In this document: in pieces, positions 1-10,612 of the stretch
Position numbering within the stretch: the first letter of the stretch is position 1
Layout: every line of letters begins with the position of its first letter
Source: Chamaesiphon sp.
Lineage (GTDB): Bacteria > Cyanobacteriota > Cyanobacteriia > Cyanobacteriales > Chamaesiphonaceae
Reading direction: 5' to 3'
Length of the DNA: 64,000 nt
NCBI GenBank assembly: GCA_965246715.1
Contig: CBDFFH010000005.1
Coordinates: forward strand, 288,001-352,000
The notes under the pieces: generated by a model
What the model saw: the letters and a program-made list of their open reading frames with translations, nothing else
Databases searched by the model: none
Told to the model about the DNA's origin: nothing
Made by a program: the position numbers and the translations under genes

Positions 1-1
1 C

Positions 2-1357
2 CGCGCCGACATGAGTACGGAAGATTTTCGGGGCAAGATGCGTCAGGCAATTCACGAATTTGCCACCGTGGAAGTTGACGACAGGCTATGGCAGACTTTT
101 GAAGACCGCTGTTATTATTTAGCTGGCGATTTCCAAGATCCTCAGACCTACCAACAGCTTCAGGGCTTATTGGGGCAAGTAGATACAGAATGCGGTACCC
201 AAGGTAACTACCTTTATTACCTAGCTGCCGCCTCCAGCTTTTTTTGTGATATCGTCGATCGACTCGGCGAGATCGGACTTACCACAGAAAAGAACGGACA
301 GTGGCGGCGGGCGATCGTCGAAAAACCGTTCGGACGCGATCTAGAATCTGCTCGTGCGTTAAATCAAAGCATCAGCAAGGTTTTACAAGAAAGCCAGATC
401 TACCGAATCGACCACTATCTGGGCAAAGAAACCGTCCAAAATATGCTCGTCTTCCGGTTTGGTAATGGCATCTTCGAGCATATTTGGAACCATCACTACA
501 TCGACCACGTACAGATTACCGTTGCCGAAACAGTCGGCGTAGAAAACCGAGGCGGCTTCTACGAGGGAGTCGGAGCCTTGCGGGATATGATGCAAAACCA
601 CATGTTCCAACTCTTAGCCACGATCGCGATGGAGCCGCCCGTTTCCTTTAATGCCGATGCCGTCCGCGATGAAAAGTCGAAATTACTCCAAGCCATTCAA
701 CCCTTGAGTGCGGAAGCCGTACTGACGCAGGTGGTGCGAGGGCAATATGGCGAGGGCATCCTGAACGATCGGACTCTAGCAGGATATCGATCGGAAGCCC
801 GCGTCGCCCCAAATTCGCCCACCGAAACCTATGCCGCCCTCAAACTGACGATCGACAACTGGCGATGGGCGAATGTACCGTTCTATCTCCGCACGGGTAA
901 ACGGCTGCCCAAACGGGTGACGGAGATCGCCATTCAGTTCAAACAAGTGCCCTCCCTGCTCTTTCGGGACACATCGATCGATAGTCTCACCCCCAATTTT
1001 CTAATTATTCGCATCCAGCCATCGGAAGGTATTCATCTGCACTTTGGCGCAAAAGTGCCAGGGCCGCGCGTCACCATGACTGGCGTAGAAATGGATTTTT
1101 GCTACAAAAACCACTTTGGCACTGCCCGCAGCACTGGCTACGAAACGCTGCTCTACGATTGCGCGATCGGCGATGCGACCTTATTTCAGCGATCGGACAA
1201 CGTGGAATTGGGTTGGAGTATAGTTGCGCCGATTCTAGATGTGTGGTCGGCACTCCCACCGCGCAACTTTGCCAATTATGCGGCGGGAACCTGGGGGCCA
1301 ACCGCAGCAGATGCTTTGTTAGCTCGCGATGGTCGCAAGTGGCGGGAGATTAAATAA
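2..1357 (+). CDS. zwf: Glucose-6-phosphate 1-dehydrogenase (5' end outside window)
   Basis: [14 protein letters not shown] and LRTGK motifs; frame is open to the window edge. Confidence 0.96.
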   Translation, partial: RADMSTEDFRGKMRQAIHEFATVEVDDRLWQTFEDRCYYLAGDFQDPQTYQQLQGLLGQVDTECGTQGNYLYYLAAASSFFCDIVDRLGEIGLTTEKNGQWRRAIVEKPFGRDLESARALNQSISKVLQESQIYRIDHYLGKETVQNMLVFRFGNGIFEHIWNHHYIDHVQITVAETVGVENRGGFYEGVGALRDMMQNHMFQLLATIAMEPPVSFNADAVRDEKSKLLQAIQPLSAEAVLTQVVRGQYGEGILNDRTLAGYRSEARVAPNSPTETYAALKLTIDNWRWANVPFYLRTGKRLPKRVTEIAIQFKQVPSLLFRDTSIDSLTPNFLIIRIQPSEGIHLHFGAKVPGPRVTMTGVEMDFCYKNHFGTARSTGYETLLYDCAIGDATLFQRSDNVELGWSIVAPILDVWSALPPRNFANYAAGTWGPTAADALLARDGRKWREIK

Positions 1358-2337
1358 TGATTCTAGCTGGTGATATTGGCGGCACAAATACCCGTCTGGC
1401 ATTATTTGAATTGAATGGAGGTGCGCTCGCTCCGATCGAGTCAGCCACTTTTCCTAGCGGCGACTATCTCAATCTAGAGGCGATCGTCAGTAAGTTTCGA
1501 TCGACTCATCCGCAGCCCATAACTCATGCCTGTTTTGGGATTGCTGGGCCAGTCAAGCACGGTCGCTGTGAGGCGACCAATCTACCGTGGGTGGTCGATG
1601 CCCAGATTTTAGCCAGTAGCTTGAGTCTAGCCACCGTCGGTTTAATTAATGACCTCGAAGCCAATGCTCTAGGCATTGCCGTCCTCAAACCCACCGACTT
1701 TGTAACTCTCAATCCTGGCGATCCCAAAGCTGAGGGCAATGCGGCACTGATCTCGGCTGGCACTGGTTTGGGTGAAGCAGGACTGTACTGGGATGGTCGA
1801 GAGTATCGAGCGATCGCCTCCGAAGGCGGTCATAGTGATTTTGCGCCCCGCGACGAGCTAGAAATCGATTTATTGCGCTATTTAATGGCTCAATTCGGTC
1901 GAGTCAGTTGGGAACGAGTCCTATCTGGGCCAGGGTTGTATAACATCTACAAATTTTTGCGCGATACCGGACGGGGAACAGAACCGGATTGGCTAGCCGC
2001 CGAAATTCAGCACCAAGATCCCCCTAGTGTCATCACTCAAGCCGCTTTAGCCAGACAGTCTACCCTGTGCGAGTTAGCACTAGATCTGTTTATTTCCATC
2101 TACGGTGCTGAGGCTGGCAACCTGGCACTCACAATGAAAGCAACGGGAGGAGTATTTATCGGCGGTGGGATCGCCCCCAGAATCATCGACCACATCAGCA
2201 GTTCGACAACATTTATGGATGCCTTTACTGCCAAAGGTCGGCTGGCATCGCTGCTCAAAGCAATGCCCGTGAGAGTCATTATGTATGACAAAACGGCACT
2301 TTTGGGTGCAGCAGTTGCGGCGAGTAAATCGAACTAA
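1357..2337 (+). CDS. glk: Glucokinase
   Basis: GDIGGTNTRL, GTGLGEA, SEGGH; start overlaps zwf stop (TAATG). Confidence 0.95.
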   Translation: MILAGDIGGTNTRLALFELNGGALAPIESATFPSGDYLNLEAIVSKFRSTHPQPITHACFGIAGPVKHGRCEATNLPWVVDAQILASSLSLATVGLINDLEANALGIAVLKPTDFVTLNPGDPKAEGNAALISAGTGLGEAGLYWDGREYRAIASEGGHSDFAPRDELEIDLLRYLMAQFGRVSWERVLSGPGLYNIYKFLRDTGRGTEPDWLAAEIQHQDPPSVITQAALARQSTLCELALDLFISIYGAEAGNLALTMKATGGVFIGGGIAPRIIDHISSSTTFMDAFTAKGRLASLLKAMPVRVIMYDKTALLGAAVAASKSN

Positions 2338-2361
2338 AATCTATCAAATCGGAGACAACAC

Positions 2362-3003
2362 ATGACAGCACGAGTAAAAGAAATCCTCAGTTGGTACGGT
2401 AGCGACAATCCTGGCACCCTAACCAACATAGCCCGCTTACTCAATCACGGTAAACTTGCTGGCACGGGCAAATTAGTAATTTTGCCCGTAGATCAGGGAT
2501 TTGAACATGGCCCCGCTCGGAGTTTCGCCGCCAATCCAGCAGCTTATCATCCCCATTATCACTTTGAACTAGCGATCGAGGCCGGATGCAATGCTTATGC
2601 GGCTCCCCTTGGTTTTCTCGAAGCTGGAGCCAGAGACTTTGCTGGACAAATTCCGTTAATTCTCAAAGTCAACGACCACGACGTGTTAGTAGATGAGCCA
2701 GACCCGTTCCAGGCATTGACTGGTAGCGTCCAGGATGCTCTCCGGCTGGGCTGTGTGGGCATTGGTTTTACGATCTATCCTGGTTCTACGCATCGCCTAG
2801 AAATGTACGGTCAAATCCGCGCCTACGCTGAAGAAGCCAAGCGGCATGGGTTAGCCGTAATTATTTGGTCTTATCCGCGCGGATCGAGCTTGAGTAAAGC
2901 AGGTGAAACCGCGATCGATGTTACGGCTTATGCGGCTCATTATTGGAGCGATATCCCGAGCTTCAATTGTGCGGCATTGCGGGAACTTACGAGCAAGCAT
3001 TAG
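2362..3003 (+). pseudogene. fbaB: Class I fructose-bisphosphate aldolase, 3'-truncated at ~2940
   Basis: ILPVDQGFEHGP and WSYPRG motifs; similarity ends at DVTAYAAH, before the Schiff-base Lys region. Confidence 0.85.
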
Positions 3004-3560
3004 CACAATTACCCTCGGCAGAATTAGAAAATCGATTGCTGATTTTCTTAGGCAGTACCTTGGGTAATCTCACTGACGAGCAACGCAGCAGTTTCCTCGC
3101 CCAAATTAAACAGGCACTCCAGCCTGGAGAGTTTTTCCTACTAGGTGTCGATTTACAAAAACCGATCGAGACGATTGAAGCTGCCTACAATGACAAGCCA
3201 GGTGTGACGGCTAAGTTTAATCTGAATATTCTCAGTCATCTCAATCATCGCTTCGATGGTAACTTCAATCTCGACCTCTTCAAGCATTTGGCTTTTTACA
3301 GCCACAAACAACACCGAATTGAAATGCACTTACGCAGTCTGGCAACTCAAACTATTTTTTTGAAAGCATTAAACTATCAATTTACTATTAATGCTGAAGA
3401 AACAATCCATACGGAAATTTCACGTAAGTTTCACTTACCGACACTGGTAGATATTCTAGCAACTCATGCTTTTAAGCCTTTGAAAATATGGACAGATCCA
3501 CAGGATTGGTTTGGGTTACTGCTATGTCAACGTCAATGTACTAGCGATGATTGTCCTTGA
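2940..3560 (+). pseudogene. egtD: L-histidine N-alpha-methyltransferase (EgtD), C-terminal part only
   Basis: FLGSTLGN, LLGVDL, AAYND, HTEISRKF motifs; N-terminal SAM-binding part absent. Confidence 0.85.
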
Positions 3561-3664
3561 ATTCTAGAATAATCTGTAATCTTCACAGGTTATTATCGAT
3601 ATATTTTCATTCATACACTCTTTCACAATCGATAGTAACACCTAACTAAAATCGTTACCAGATC

Positions 3665-4303
3665 ATGACTCTAAATATTTACTTGCTCCGTCACGGACAA
3701 ACAGCATCCAGTCGTGGCAATCTATTTTGTGGCTCGATCGATCCGTCGCTAACTGCCGATGGTGAAGAAATGGCACAATTGTTTGCAGCAACTTATGCCA
3801 ATACTCATTGGGAAGCGATTTATTGTAGTCCTAAAGAACGGGCAATGTTAACCGCCGAACCTTTGGCAACTAAGTTGAACATCGAGCTACATCTGCGCGA
3901 TGGACTACAAGAGATTAATTATGGTGCCTGGGAAGGCAAGGATGTGGATACAGTTAATGCCGAGTATCATGATGACTATCTGCGCTGGTTGGCAGATCCG
4001 GGCTGGAATCCGCCCACAGGTGGCGAAACAGCAATGGCGATCGCCGCGCGTGCTTTAGCGGTAGTTGAGGAAATCAGTCAAAAACATCCCACAGGTAATG
4101 TTTTGGTCGTATCGCACAAGGCCACAATTCGGATCTTATTATGCAGCCTACTCGGTATCGATGCGGGGCGATTTCGGTATCGATTGGGGATGCCTGTTTG
4201 TGGTGTGAGTATTGTCGAATTTGGCAAACATGGCCCACTATTAAAAGTACTTGCCGATCGATCGCATTTGACCGATCGATTGCGCGATTTACCAGGAACA
4301 TGA
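3665..4303 (+). CDS. Histidine phosphatase (phosphoglycerate mutase-like) family protein
   Basis: LLRHGQT, EINYGAWEG, VVSH motifs. Confidence 0.92.
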   Translation: MTLNIYLLRHGQTASSRGNLFCGSIDPSLTADGEEMAQLFAATYANTHWEAIYCSPKERAMLTAEPLATKLNIELHLRDGLQEINYGAWEGKDVDTVNAEYHDDYLRWLADPGWNPPTGGETAMAIAARALAVVEEISQKHPTGNVLVVSHKATIRILLCSLLGIDAGRFRYRLGMPVCGVSIVEFGKHGPLLKVLADRSHLTDRLRDLPGT

Positions 4304-4405
4304 GAAATTTCGATCTCTAATTTCGATCGTCATGTTCTTTAAAATCATTCGGGCTTTTGAAATTGTATACTGCCCAATGGAAAACTACTCTGTGGAGAAA
4401 AGCTG

Positions 4406-4828
4406 ATGAACAACACCGATAAAAACAAGCAAATCGTCCAGAACTTTATCCGAGTGGTTTGGAACGGTCGCGATCTCTCGGCATTGCCAGATTTCTGGGC
4501 AGAAGATTGCATAAACCATGCGATGCCAGGAACAGACAATCTTGGACTTAATGCGCTTCGGATTTATCATGATTCATTCTTTGATGATTTTTTCTTCGCC
4601 TTCCCTGATATCCAGATTGAGATCGTGCAACAGGTTGGCGAAGGCGATCGAATTGCGACGTACATCACCAGCCAAGGCACACATAGTGGTACATTTTATG
4701 GCATTCCGCCAACAGGTAAGCACATCTCGACATCGGTAATCCGCATCGATCGGGTTCGAGACGATAAGATTATCGAGCATTGGTCTGTTTCCGATGCAGC
4801 AGGTCTGATGCAGCAAATTCAATCTTGA
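4406..4828 (+). CDS. SnoaL-like ester cyclase
   Basis: AFPD...GTHSGTFYGIPPTGK...KIIEHW pattern. Confidence 0.88.
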   Translation: MNNTDKNKQIVQNFIRVVWNGRDLSALPDFWAEDCINHAMPGTDNLGLNALRIYHDSFFDDFFFAFPDIQIEIVQQVGEGDRIATYITSQGTHSGTFYGIPPTGKHISTSVIRIDRVRDDKIIEHWSVSDAAGLMQQIQS

Positions 4829-4940
4829 ACGAGTGATTAATTATTATAATTCGATGAACTACGCCCAATGATGTAACTAATTTGCTCATTTTGGCAGAAG
4901 CGAGTGAATTGTTCGAGCCAAGCCAAACAGAAGTCATTAA

Positions 4941-5600
4941 TTAGGAGTGTTTTACACCTGCCAAAATAAATGAGATCGCCTCTTCTATATGTTCTTCAAT
5001 CATTTGTGGACTCAAACGATCGACATCTGGCATTAGATGTTTCCAGTTTTCATGCACTGTAAAATAGAGGCAAACACAGAAAAATAGGCAAACACTCAAG
5101 ATGTGAGTTAGAGCCAAAAACGGCTTGAGAGGGCGGAAATATCCTTCTGCCATACCCTGTTCTAGAATCTTGAGCAAATATTCATGCAGACTCAAAACGT
5201 TACACTCTTTGAAGTAAATCCCTTGATTTTGGCTTGCTTCTTGAAACCACAACATTTGTCGGTGGGGATTTTTAGCTTCATTGGAGATCGCGATCCGAAT
5301 AATTTGCTTCAGGGCTGCTTCAGGAGATAAATCATCAAAATTCAACTGCCCAAGCGAGGATTGGACTTCATCGATCGGGCGTTGTAGAACCGCCTTGTAC
5401 AAGTTTTCCTTGTTCTCAAAGTAGTAGTGCAGTGATGCAGTTGTGACCTGAGCGAGAGTTGCGATCGCACTCAACCGCGCACCATTTAAGCCATGCCGTG
5501 AAAATTCTTGTTCTGCGGCATCCAAAATGCGCTGCTGTGTCATCTGGGCATCGCGAACAGAGGGGATGGGTTTTGCGCCTCGTTTACTGGGTCGAACCAC
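4941..5600 (-). CDS. TetR/AcrR family transcriptional regulator
   Basis: ILDAAEQEF...LHYYFENKENLY HTH. Confidence 0.92.
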   Translation of the reverse strand: MVRPSKRGAKPIPSVRDAQMTQQRILDAAEQEFSRHGLNGARLSAIATLAQVTTASLHYYFENKENLYKAVLQRPIDEVQSSLGQLNFDDLSPEAALKQIIRIAISNEAKNPHRQMLWFQEASQNQGIYFKECNVLSLHEYLLKILEQGMAEGYFRPLKPFLALTHILSVCLFFCVCLYFTVHENWKHLMPDVDRLSPQMIEEHIEEAISFILAGVKHS

Positions 5601-5673
5601 GGCATTTTAATTTATTATTTGCCTTTCCATCGTAGCAAAGAGGCAGCTAGGCTGAAGACATTCAATCTCTGAA

Positions 5674-5720
5674 TTGACACAAAGACAGGGGTTTGATAAA
5701 CTTACTAATTAATTAGTAAG
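5674..5720 (+). promoter_or_regulatory. Sigma70-type promoter (TTGACA-17-TAAACT) overlapped by a perfect 20-bp palindrome CTTACTAATTAATTAGTAAG (probable TetR operator)
   Basis: -35 at 5674-5679, -10 at 5697-5702, palindrome at 5701-5720, between divergent tetR and Rieske genes. Confidence 0.8.
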
Positions 5721-5738
5721 TAAGAAATCTAGGCAATC

Positions 5739-6752
5739 ATGAATCAATTGCAAGGCGCGCCGTGGCTTTTGGCACATCGTTCTATGCTAAAACCCAATCA
5801 GCCGATGAAAATTTCACTATTGGGTCATGATTACGTCCTTTGGCAAGACAGCCGTGGCAATATTAACGCCTTGCCGAACGCTTGTCCTCACATGGGCGCA
5901 ATGCTTTCTGAGGGCTGGTGTGTGGCTCAAGCGGATGGCAGTAGTGCGTTCGCGGAGCGTGGCGTTAGCCGTATCGCTTGTCCCTTCCATGCCTTGGAAT
6001 TTGACAATTTGGGTTGCACAGTTCTACCAGGATCGAAGAAACAGACCAAATCGCTCTTTCAACCCCTGGAATTAATTATCCAAGGGGATTTTATTTGGTC
6101 ATATGGCAGCTATGAGCCGAAAATTCCAATTCCTGCAATTATGAATGAGATTGCAACGGAGTACGAGTTCATTGGCGTGACGGGAGAACGCAGCATTCCG
6201 ACCGACCTTCTGAGCTTGCTACTAAACATGCACGACTACAATCACCAAAACGGCACTCATCGAGAATTATTTGAGATTGAAGAAGTGCAAATGAAGCAGT
6301 TCATTGATGAGGGGTTACATTCTCATGCGTATTTATCACAACCCCGCAAACAACCTACATTTCGTGACATTCTAAGAAATCCTGCTCAGCTTGCGATGCC
6401 AAAGGTGCTAGAGGCTCATCTAGAAAATTTTTTCCCGTTCATGGGATTGTTGCACGGTGAAGATAAGCTATTGAGCCTCAAGGAATGTCACTTCTATCTT
6501 CCAGAAGCAGATCGTCAATCTCGTGTATTTGTGTTGATGTATATGAAGGCACATTCTCCGATCGCACATTTGCTTAAAGGCAATCTGCTGAAGTTGATTG
6601 ATGTGGTTGTGGCTCAAGATGCCAAGATTTTAGAAAGGATCTACGCCAACGCACCACAGCGGATCAAGCTAAATAATGAAGTGGGAATGGATTGGGTGCG
6701 ACGCAATTTTGAGAGTTTTCCAGCCGTTGTCGAACCCAATCTATCTCGGTAA
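5739..6752 (+). CDS. Rieske 2Fe-2S domain oxygenase
   Basis: CPHMGA...CPFH Rieske ligands; DYNHQNGTH mononuclear-iron motif. Confidence 0.88.
   Translation: MNQLQGAPWLLAHRSMLKPNQPMKISLLGHDYVLWQDSRGNINALPNACPHMGAMLSEGWCVAQADGSSAFAERGVSRIACPFHALEFDNLGCTVLPGSKKQTKSLFQPLELIIQGDFIWSYGSYEPKIPIPAIMNEIATEYEFIGVTGERSIPTDLLSLLLNMHDYNHQNGTHRELFEIEEVQMKQFIDEGLHSHAYLSQPRKQPTFRDILRNPAQLAMPKVLEAHLENFFPFMGLLHGEDKLLSLKECHFYLPEADRQSRVFVLMYMKAHSPIAHLLKGNLLKLIDVVVAQDAKILERIYANAPQRIKLNNEVGMDWVRRNFESFPAVVEPNLSR
5949..5972 (+). mobile_element. 24-nt small dispersed repeat inserted in frame in a HIP1 site
   Basis: GCG[TTCGCGGAGCGTGGCGTTAGCCGT]ATCGC; removal restores GCGATCGC. Confidence 0.85.
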
Positions 6753-6761
6753 TTGCCAGCC

Positions 6762-6851
6762 ACATAACCACACCCATGCACACCGACAGCCGAGAGTTGG
6801 AGGGTTGTGGATACAAAGGTGATTTACGGCGGTTGATGGGCAACGTTAGCT
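6762..6851 (+). other. attC-like integron recombination site
   Basis: ACATAAC...CCCATGCACACCGAC...GCGGTTGATGGG...GTTAGCT, 10 bp after the Rieske stop. Confidence 0.6.
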
Positions 6852-7019
6852 GGCTCTGACCCTGCTTGGGGCAATCACTTAGATTCTGTCTGTTGGTGTT
6901 CAACTTTTGTTGGACAGGGTATTTAGACAAAAAGTTGAACAATGCCTGTGATATTCTCATGCCCATCCCCTTGCGCGATCTCCCAGGAATATAATAATTG
7001 CCCGTAAAATTCGATAAAT

Positions 7020-7610
7020 ATGAATGTTCTGAATTCTCAATCACTGCTGACCTTAATTCAGGGATCGATCGCCTACCGCGATTTGGTAAATGGACAAATG
7101 CTGTTTTACCAAGGCGATCGGGCTGAGTCAGTTTTTGTCGTAGAGTCAGGAAAAGTTAGGCTTGCCCATTTTACCCAAGCTGGAAAAGTCATTCAACACT
7201 ATGACGCGGTGGCTGGTGAGAGCTTCGCCGAAGCAGCATTGTTCAATTCAATCTATGATTGTGCGGCGATCGCGGCGATCCCGTCAAGAGTGATGGTGTT
7301 GCCTAAAGAGATTTTATTGAAGACTTTAGAAGAACAGCCAACTTTAGCAATGGAAGTAATGGCACAACTGGCGAAACGGGCATATGACACTAAAGTCTTG
7401 CTGCATCTCCGCAGTATTCGCTCCCCGCGCGATCGCGTTCTCCACTACCTTCAACTGGTTGCCGAGTCTAACAGAGTGAGTTTGAAGCGTCCGTTCAAGG
7501 ATATTGCTGAGGAGATTGGCATCGCCCCTGAGGTCTTCTCCAGAGCACTCTCAAGCTTGGAGCAAGAGGGTGTAATTAGTCGTAGTCAGCGCGATATAGA
7601 GCTTCATTAG
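7020..7610 (+). CDS. Crp/Fnr family transcriptional regulator
   Basis: cNMP-binding fold (GESFAEAAL) plus C-terminal HTH (IAEEIGIAPEVFSRAL). Confidence 0.92.
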   Translation: MNVLNSQSLLTLIQGSIAYRDLVNGQMLFYQGDRAESVFVVESGKVRLAHFTQAGKVIQHYDAVAGESFAEAALFNSIYDCAAIAAIPSRVMVLPKEILLKTLEEQPTLAMEVMAQLAKRAYDTKVLLHLRSIRSPRDRVLHYLQLVAESNRVSLKRPFKDIAEEIGIAPEVFSRALSSLEQEGVISRSQRDIELH

Positions 7611-7670
7611 TCTGCGATCTTCAGGATGGGGGTTTCGCTTAACAATCAGTTTCCAAAATTCGATTGAAAC

Positions 7671-7684
7671 TTGACCCCAGTCAA
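7671..7684. promoter_or_regulatory. Fnr-like box TTGAC-N4-GTCAA
   Basis: Palindrome TTGACCCCAGTCAA between the Crp/Fnr gene and the downstream dehydrogenase. Confidence 0.65.
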
Positions 7685-7821
7685 TGCGGCTGACGATTGA
7701 AAGCAATAGACTTATGCAGATGGCCTCAAATAAAATCGATGGAATCTAGAGTAGCCTAGCCCTAGAGGGGTACAACATGGCTGTTCGGCAAAAATTTTGA
7801 TGATTAACTAAGGAGATTGTT

Positions 7822-8559
7822 ATGAACGTTCAAAACTCAGTTGCTTTTGTCACAGGTGCAAATCGCGGAATTGGTAGAGCCTATGTTGAAGCTCTCTTAC
7901 AAGCAGGTGCTCGCCGCATTTATGCAACTGCTCGATCGATCGACACACTCCAAGATTTAGTTGCACTTGCGCCCGATCGGATTATGCCCATCGGGTTGGA
8001 TGTGACCGATATCGAACAAATCAAAGCGGCTGCTGAAACTGCTCGGGATGTCACCTTGCTAATTAATAACGCTGGAGTAATCGGTTCTGGTGGTTTATTT
8101 ACCCCTAACAGCGTGGAGACAGCTCAATGGGAAATGAATACCAACTACTTCGGAACACTCTCAATGGTTCGTACTTTTGCGCCGATTCTGAAGCGTAATG
8201 GAGGCGGGACAATTGTCAACATGATGTCAGTGGTCGCTATTGCAAATGCACCTGTGTTTGGCTCTTACAGTGCTTCTAAAGCTGCTCTTCATTCCCTAAC
8301 CCAAGACATTCGAGCCGAGTTGGCAGCACAAGGCACACAGATAGTGGGCGTTTTTCCTGGCCCCGTAGATACGGCGATGACTGAAGGTTTACCTTTTGAT
8401 AAAGCTGAACCGAGCGATGTGGCGAAAACAGTTCTGCAAGCGATCGAAGCAGGGATTGAGGATGTCTATCCCGATCCAGTCTCTCAAGGTGCGTTTGCGG
8501 CGATCGCCGCGCCATTAAAAGCCGTTGAAAAACAGTTTGCAGGTTGGATGCCTCAATAG
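7822..8559 (+). CDS. Short-chain dehydrogenase/reductase
   Basis: TGANRGIG, NNAG, YSASK; AAGGAG RBS. Confidence 0.94.
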   Translation: MNVQNSVAFVTGANRGIGRAYVEALLQAGARRIYATARSIDTLQDLVALAPDRIMPIGLDVTDIEQIKAAAETARDVTLLINNAGVIGSGGLFTPNSVETAQWEMNTNYFGTLSMVRTFAPILKRNGGGTIVNMMSVVAIANAPVFGSYSASKAALHSLTQDIRAELAAQGTQIVGVFPGPVDTAMTEGLPFDKAEPSDVAKTVLQAIEAGIEDVYPDPVSQGAFAAIAAPLKAVEKQFAGWMPQ

Positions 8560-8597
8560 GCGGGAATGTCTTTTCCTCAGCTAATCGATTGAGGGTT

Positions 8598-9170
8598 TTA
8601 AATCAAGAGATTTAAAGCACGGCGAACATAGTCCGTCCAAGACTCGGATGTCGGTGGAAAAATTAAGGCGTAGAGCATGATGCCGCTCATCGTATCAAAG
8701 ACAAGATCGGAGTCTAAATCTGTTGAAATTTCGTTTCTTGCCTTTGCGCGTTCTAAGACAATCGCAAAGGTTTTGCGTCGCGGTTCCAGGTATTTTGTCC
8801 AGTAAATGCGGGCGAATTGAGGATTACTTGCTGCACTGCTGACGATCGTGGCAACAGTTTGTCGTCCGAGTGGACTGAGGGTGATCTGGGCGGCATTTTG
8901 AACCAGCGCATCAAGATCGCTCTGAAGACTCCCCGTATCGGGAAGAATGATTTCTTCTCGCACACTTTCGATCGCATCTGCCACCAGCTCTTCTTTGGAG
9001 GTATAACGCCGATAGATCGTCGTCTTACCCACACCAGCACGCGCCGCGATCGCTTCGATACTCAGTCGATCGAATCCAACTTCTCCAAGTAATTCTAACG
9101 TAGCTTGCAGCATCGCTTGATGCGATTGCTGACTACGCGGTCTGCCGAGTGATTTGTCGATCTTAGCCAT
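8598..9170 (-). CDS. TetR/AcrR family transcriptional regulator
   Basis: GRPRS...IAARAGVGKTTIYRRY; likely start ATG 9170. Confidence 0.92.
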   Translation of the reverse strand: MAKIDKSLGRPRSQQSHQAMLQATLELLGEVGFDRLSIEAIAARAGVGKTTIYRRYTSKEELVADAIESVREEIILPDTGSLQSDLDALVQNAAQITLSPLGRQTVATIVSSAASNPQFARIYWTKYLEPRRKTFAIVLERAKARNEISTDLDSDLVFDTMSGIMLYALIFPPTSESWTDYVRRALNLLI

Positions 9171-9188
9171 ATCTGCTATGATAATATA

Positions 9189-9206
9189 CGATACAGTACC
9201 GTATCG
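9189..9206. promoter_or_regulatory. Probable TetR operator CGATACAGTACCGTATCG
   Basis: 18-bp palindrome with one mismatch in the 41-bp divergent gap. Confidence 0.7.
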
Positions 9207-9211
9207 AAAAT

Positions 9212-9706
9212 ATGCTAGATCGAAATCGTCCCCATTACATGGATCGCAATAGTATTCAGACGCTTCGAGCAGGTCTGACGGAATACTATGCACTCAACCC
9301 TCATGTTACGCCGCCGGAAACACAACCAGCCGAATTTGGCAAAATCTTGTACGCTCATGATGTCGGTCATGTTATTTATGCTTGCGACACGGGCATGTTC
9401 GATGAATTAAAGATTTTACCGCTATTTTGGTGGACGAGTGAGTGTACGTTTGGGACTTATCTCCAGATGAAAAATTCACCCGCTGTCGATGTGATGTATG
9501 CCGATATGATAAGAGAAAAAGGCGTGCTGTGGCTGTATGGCGCGGTGCTAAAAGTACTGCCGACGCTCATCCCTACGTTAATACCGATTTGGTTCAAAAC
9601 TCGCAATCGTCAGAAGTTGCTCCCGTTTCTAGAATTTGAGCCGTTACTCGATCGATCTCTCCTCGATATTCGTCAAGAGTTCGATCTGTTGCAGTTTATT
9701 AACTGA
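9212..9706 (+). CDS. Hypothetical protein with Coq4-like HDxxH-x11-E metal motif
   Basis: HDVGH-VIYACDTGMFD-E; start 9212 or 9239. Confidence 0.6.
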   Translation: MLDRNRPHYMDRNSIQTLRAGLTEYYALNPHVTPPETQPAEFGKILYAHDVGHVIYACDTGMFDELKILPLFWWTSECTFGTYLQMKNSPAVDVMYADMIREKGVLWLYGAVLKVLPTLIPTLIPIWFKTRNRQKLLPFLEFEPLLDRSLLDIRQEFDLLQFIN

Positions 9707-10035
9707 CAGATTTATTCGTTCAATCGCATTCGAGTCAATACCATAGCTCCCTGGTTTCTTTAAACGCTGCTGGTAATCAGTTCACACTCACACAATCCGC
9801 AGCCATTCTAGTTTTTCTGGCTGAAAAACATGGTCGATTACTATCAACAGAGCAGATCGCCCGCGCCCGCGTATTTGAACAGTTATTCTTTCACGCATTC
9901 GATCGCCTTCAATCTCATTTACCCCGATCGAAAGTGGAGGAGCGCAAATATCTAGATCGAGCGAAGCATTGGCGATCTCCTCGCGCTGTTGATCGATATT
10001 ATTAGATGACAGTTAAATTTTGATATGAATATCTT

Positions 10036-10305
10036 TTAACTCAAATGTCTCCGCCCTTGCCGATCGCGTGTTGACGTTTGTTTCGTCGCAAACTTACGTC
10101 GGTAGCTGTATTGCCCATATACACTCACTAAATAGGGCATTAAGTAGGTCATTACTACAGCAATCCACCGATCGGTAGTCATTTCCCCGCGCGATAGTGC
10201 TAACCCATGATTGATGACAAATAGTAACGAGCCAACTACTAATGCTGTCTTTAATCCTGTAGAAACAAATTCGGGATCGAATAGGCTGACTAAATACTTG
10301 ACCAT
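10036..10305 (-). CDS. nrtS: NrtS-type small nitrate/nitrite transporter
   Basis: TALVVGSLLFVINHG...TYLMPYLVSVYG signature, 2 TM. Confidence 0.8.
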   Translation of the reverse strand: MVKYLVSLFDPEFVSTGLKTALVVGSLLFVINHGLALSRGEMTTDRWIAVVMTYLMPYLVSVYGQYSYRRKFATKQTSTRDRQGRRHLS

Positions 10306-10440
10306 CGTGATGGATGATTGACTGGGAATATTTGAGTATTTTATCCGGTTGTTACAGTGAGAACTGTTCGTCTCAAACAAATTAAGGGCAGCGGATCGAT
10401 GTGAAATTAATTCACAGTTAGTTGGCGCGTCATGAGTTCG

Positions 10441-10464
10441 TTCGCACCAGCGTACAGTCAGATA
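10441..10464 (+). mobile_element. Degenerate 24-nt small dispersed repeat
   Basis: TCG[TTCGCACCAGCGTACAGTCAGATA]ATCG. Confidence 0.55.
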
Positions 10465-10612
10465 ATCGTCTCACTCACGTTCACGCCACCTTTTTTAATG
10501 ATTTAATCCTGGCTTCTGTGCATATTCTTAGCTCGTTCACAGCGAAATTTAAGGAAACTTTTTGATAATAGAAAAGTAGAAAATAATCTTTCCTTAGAAG
10601 ACACCAATCGCT

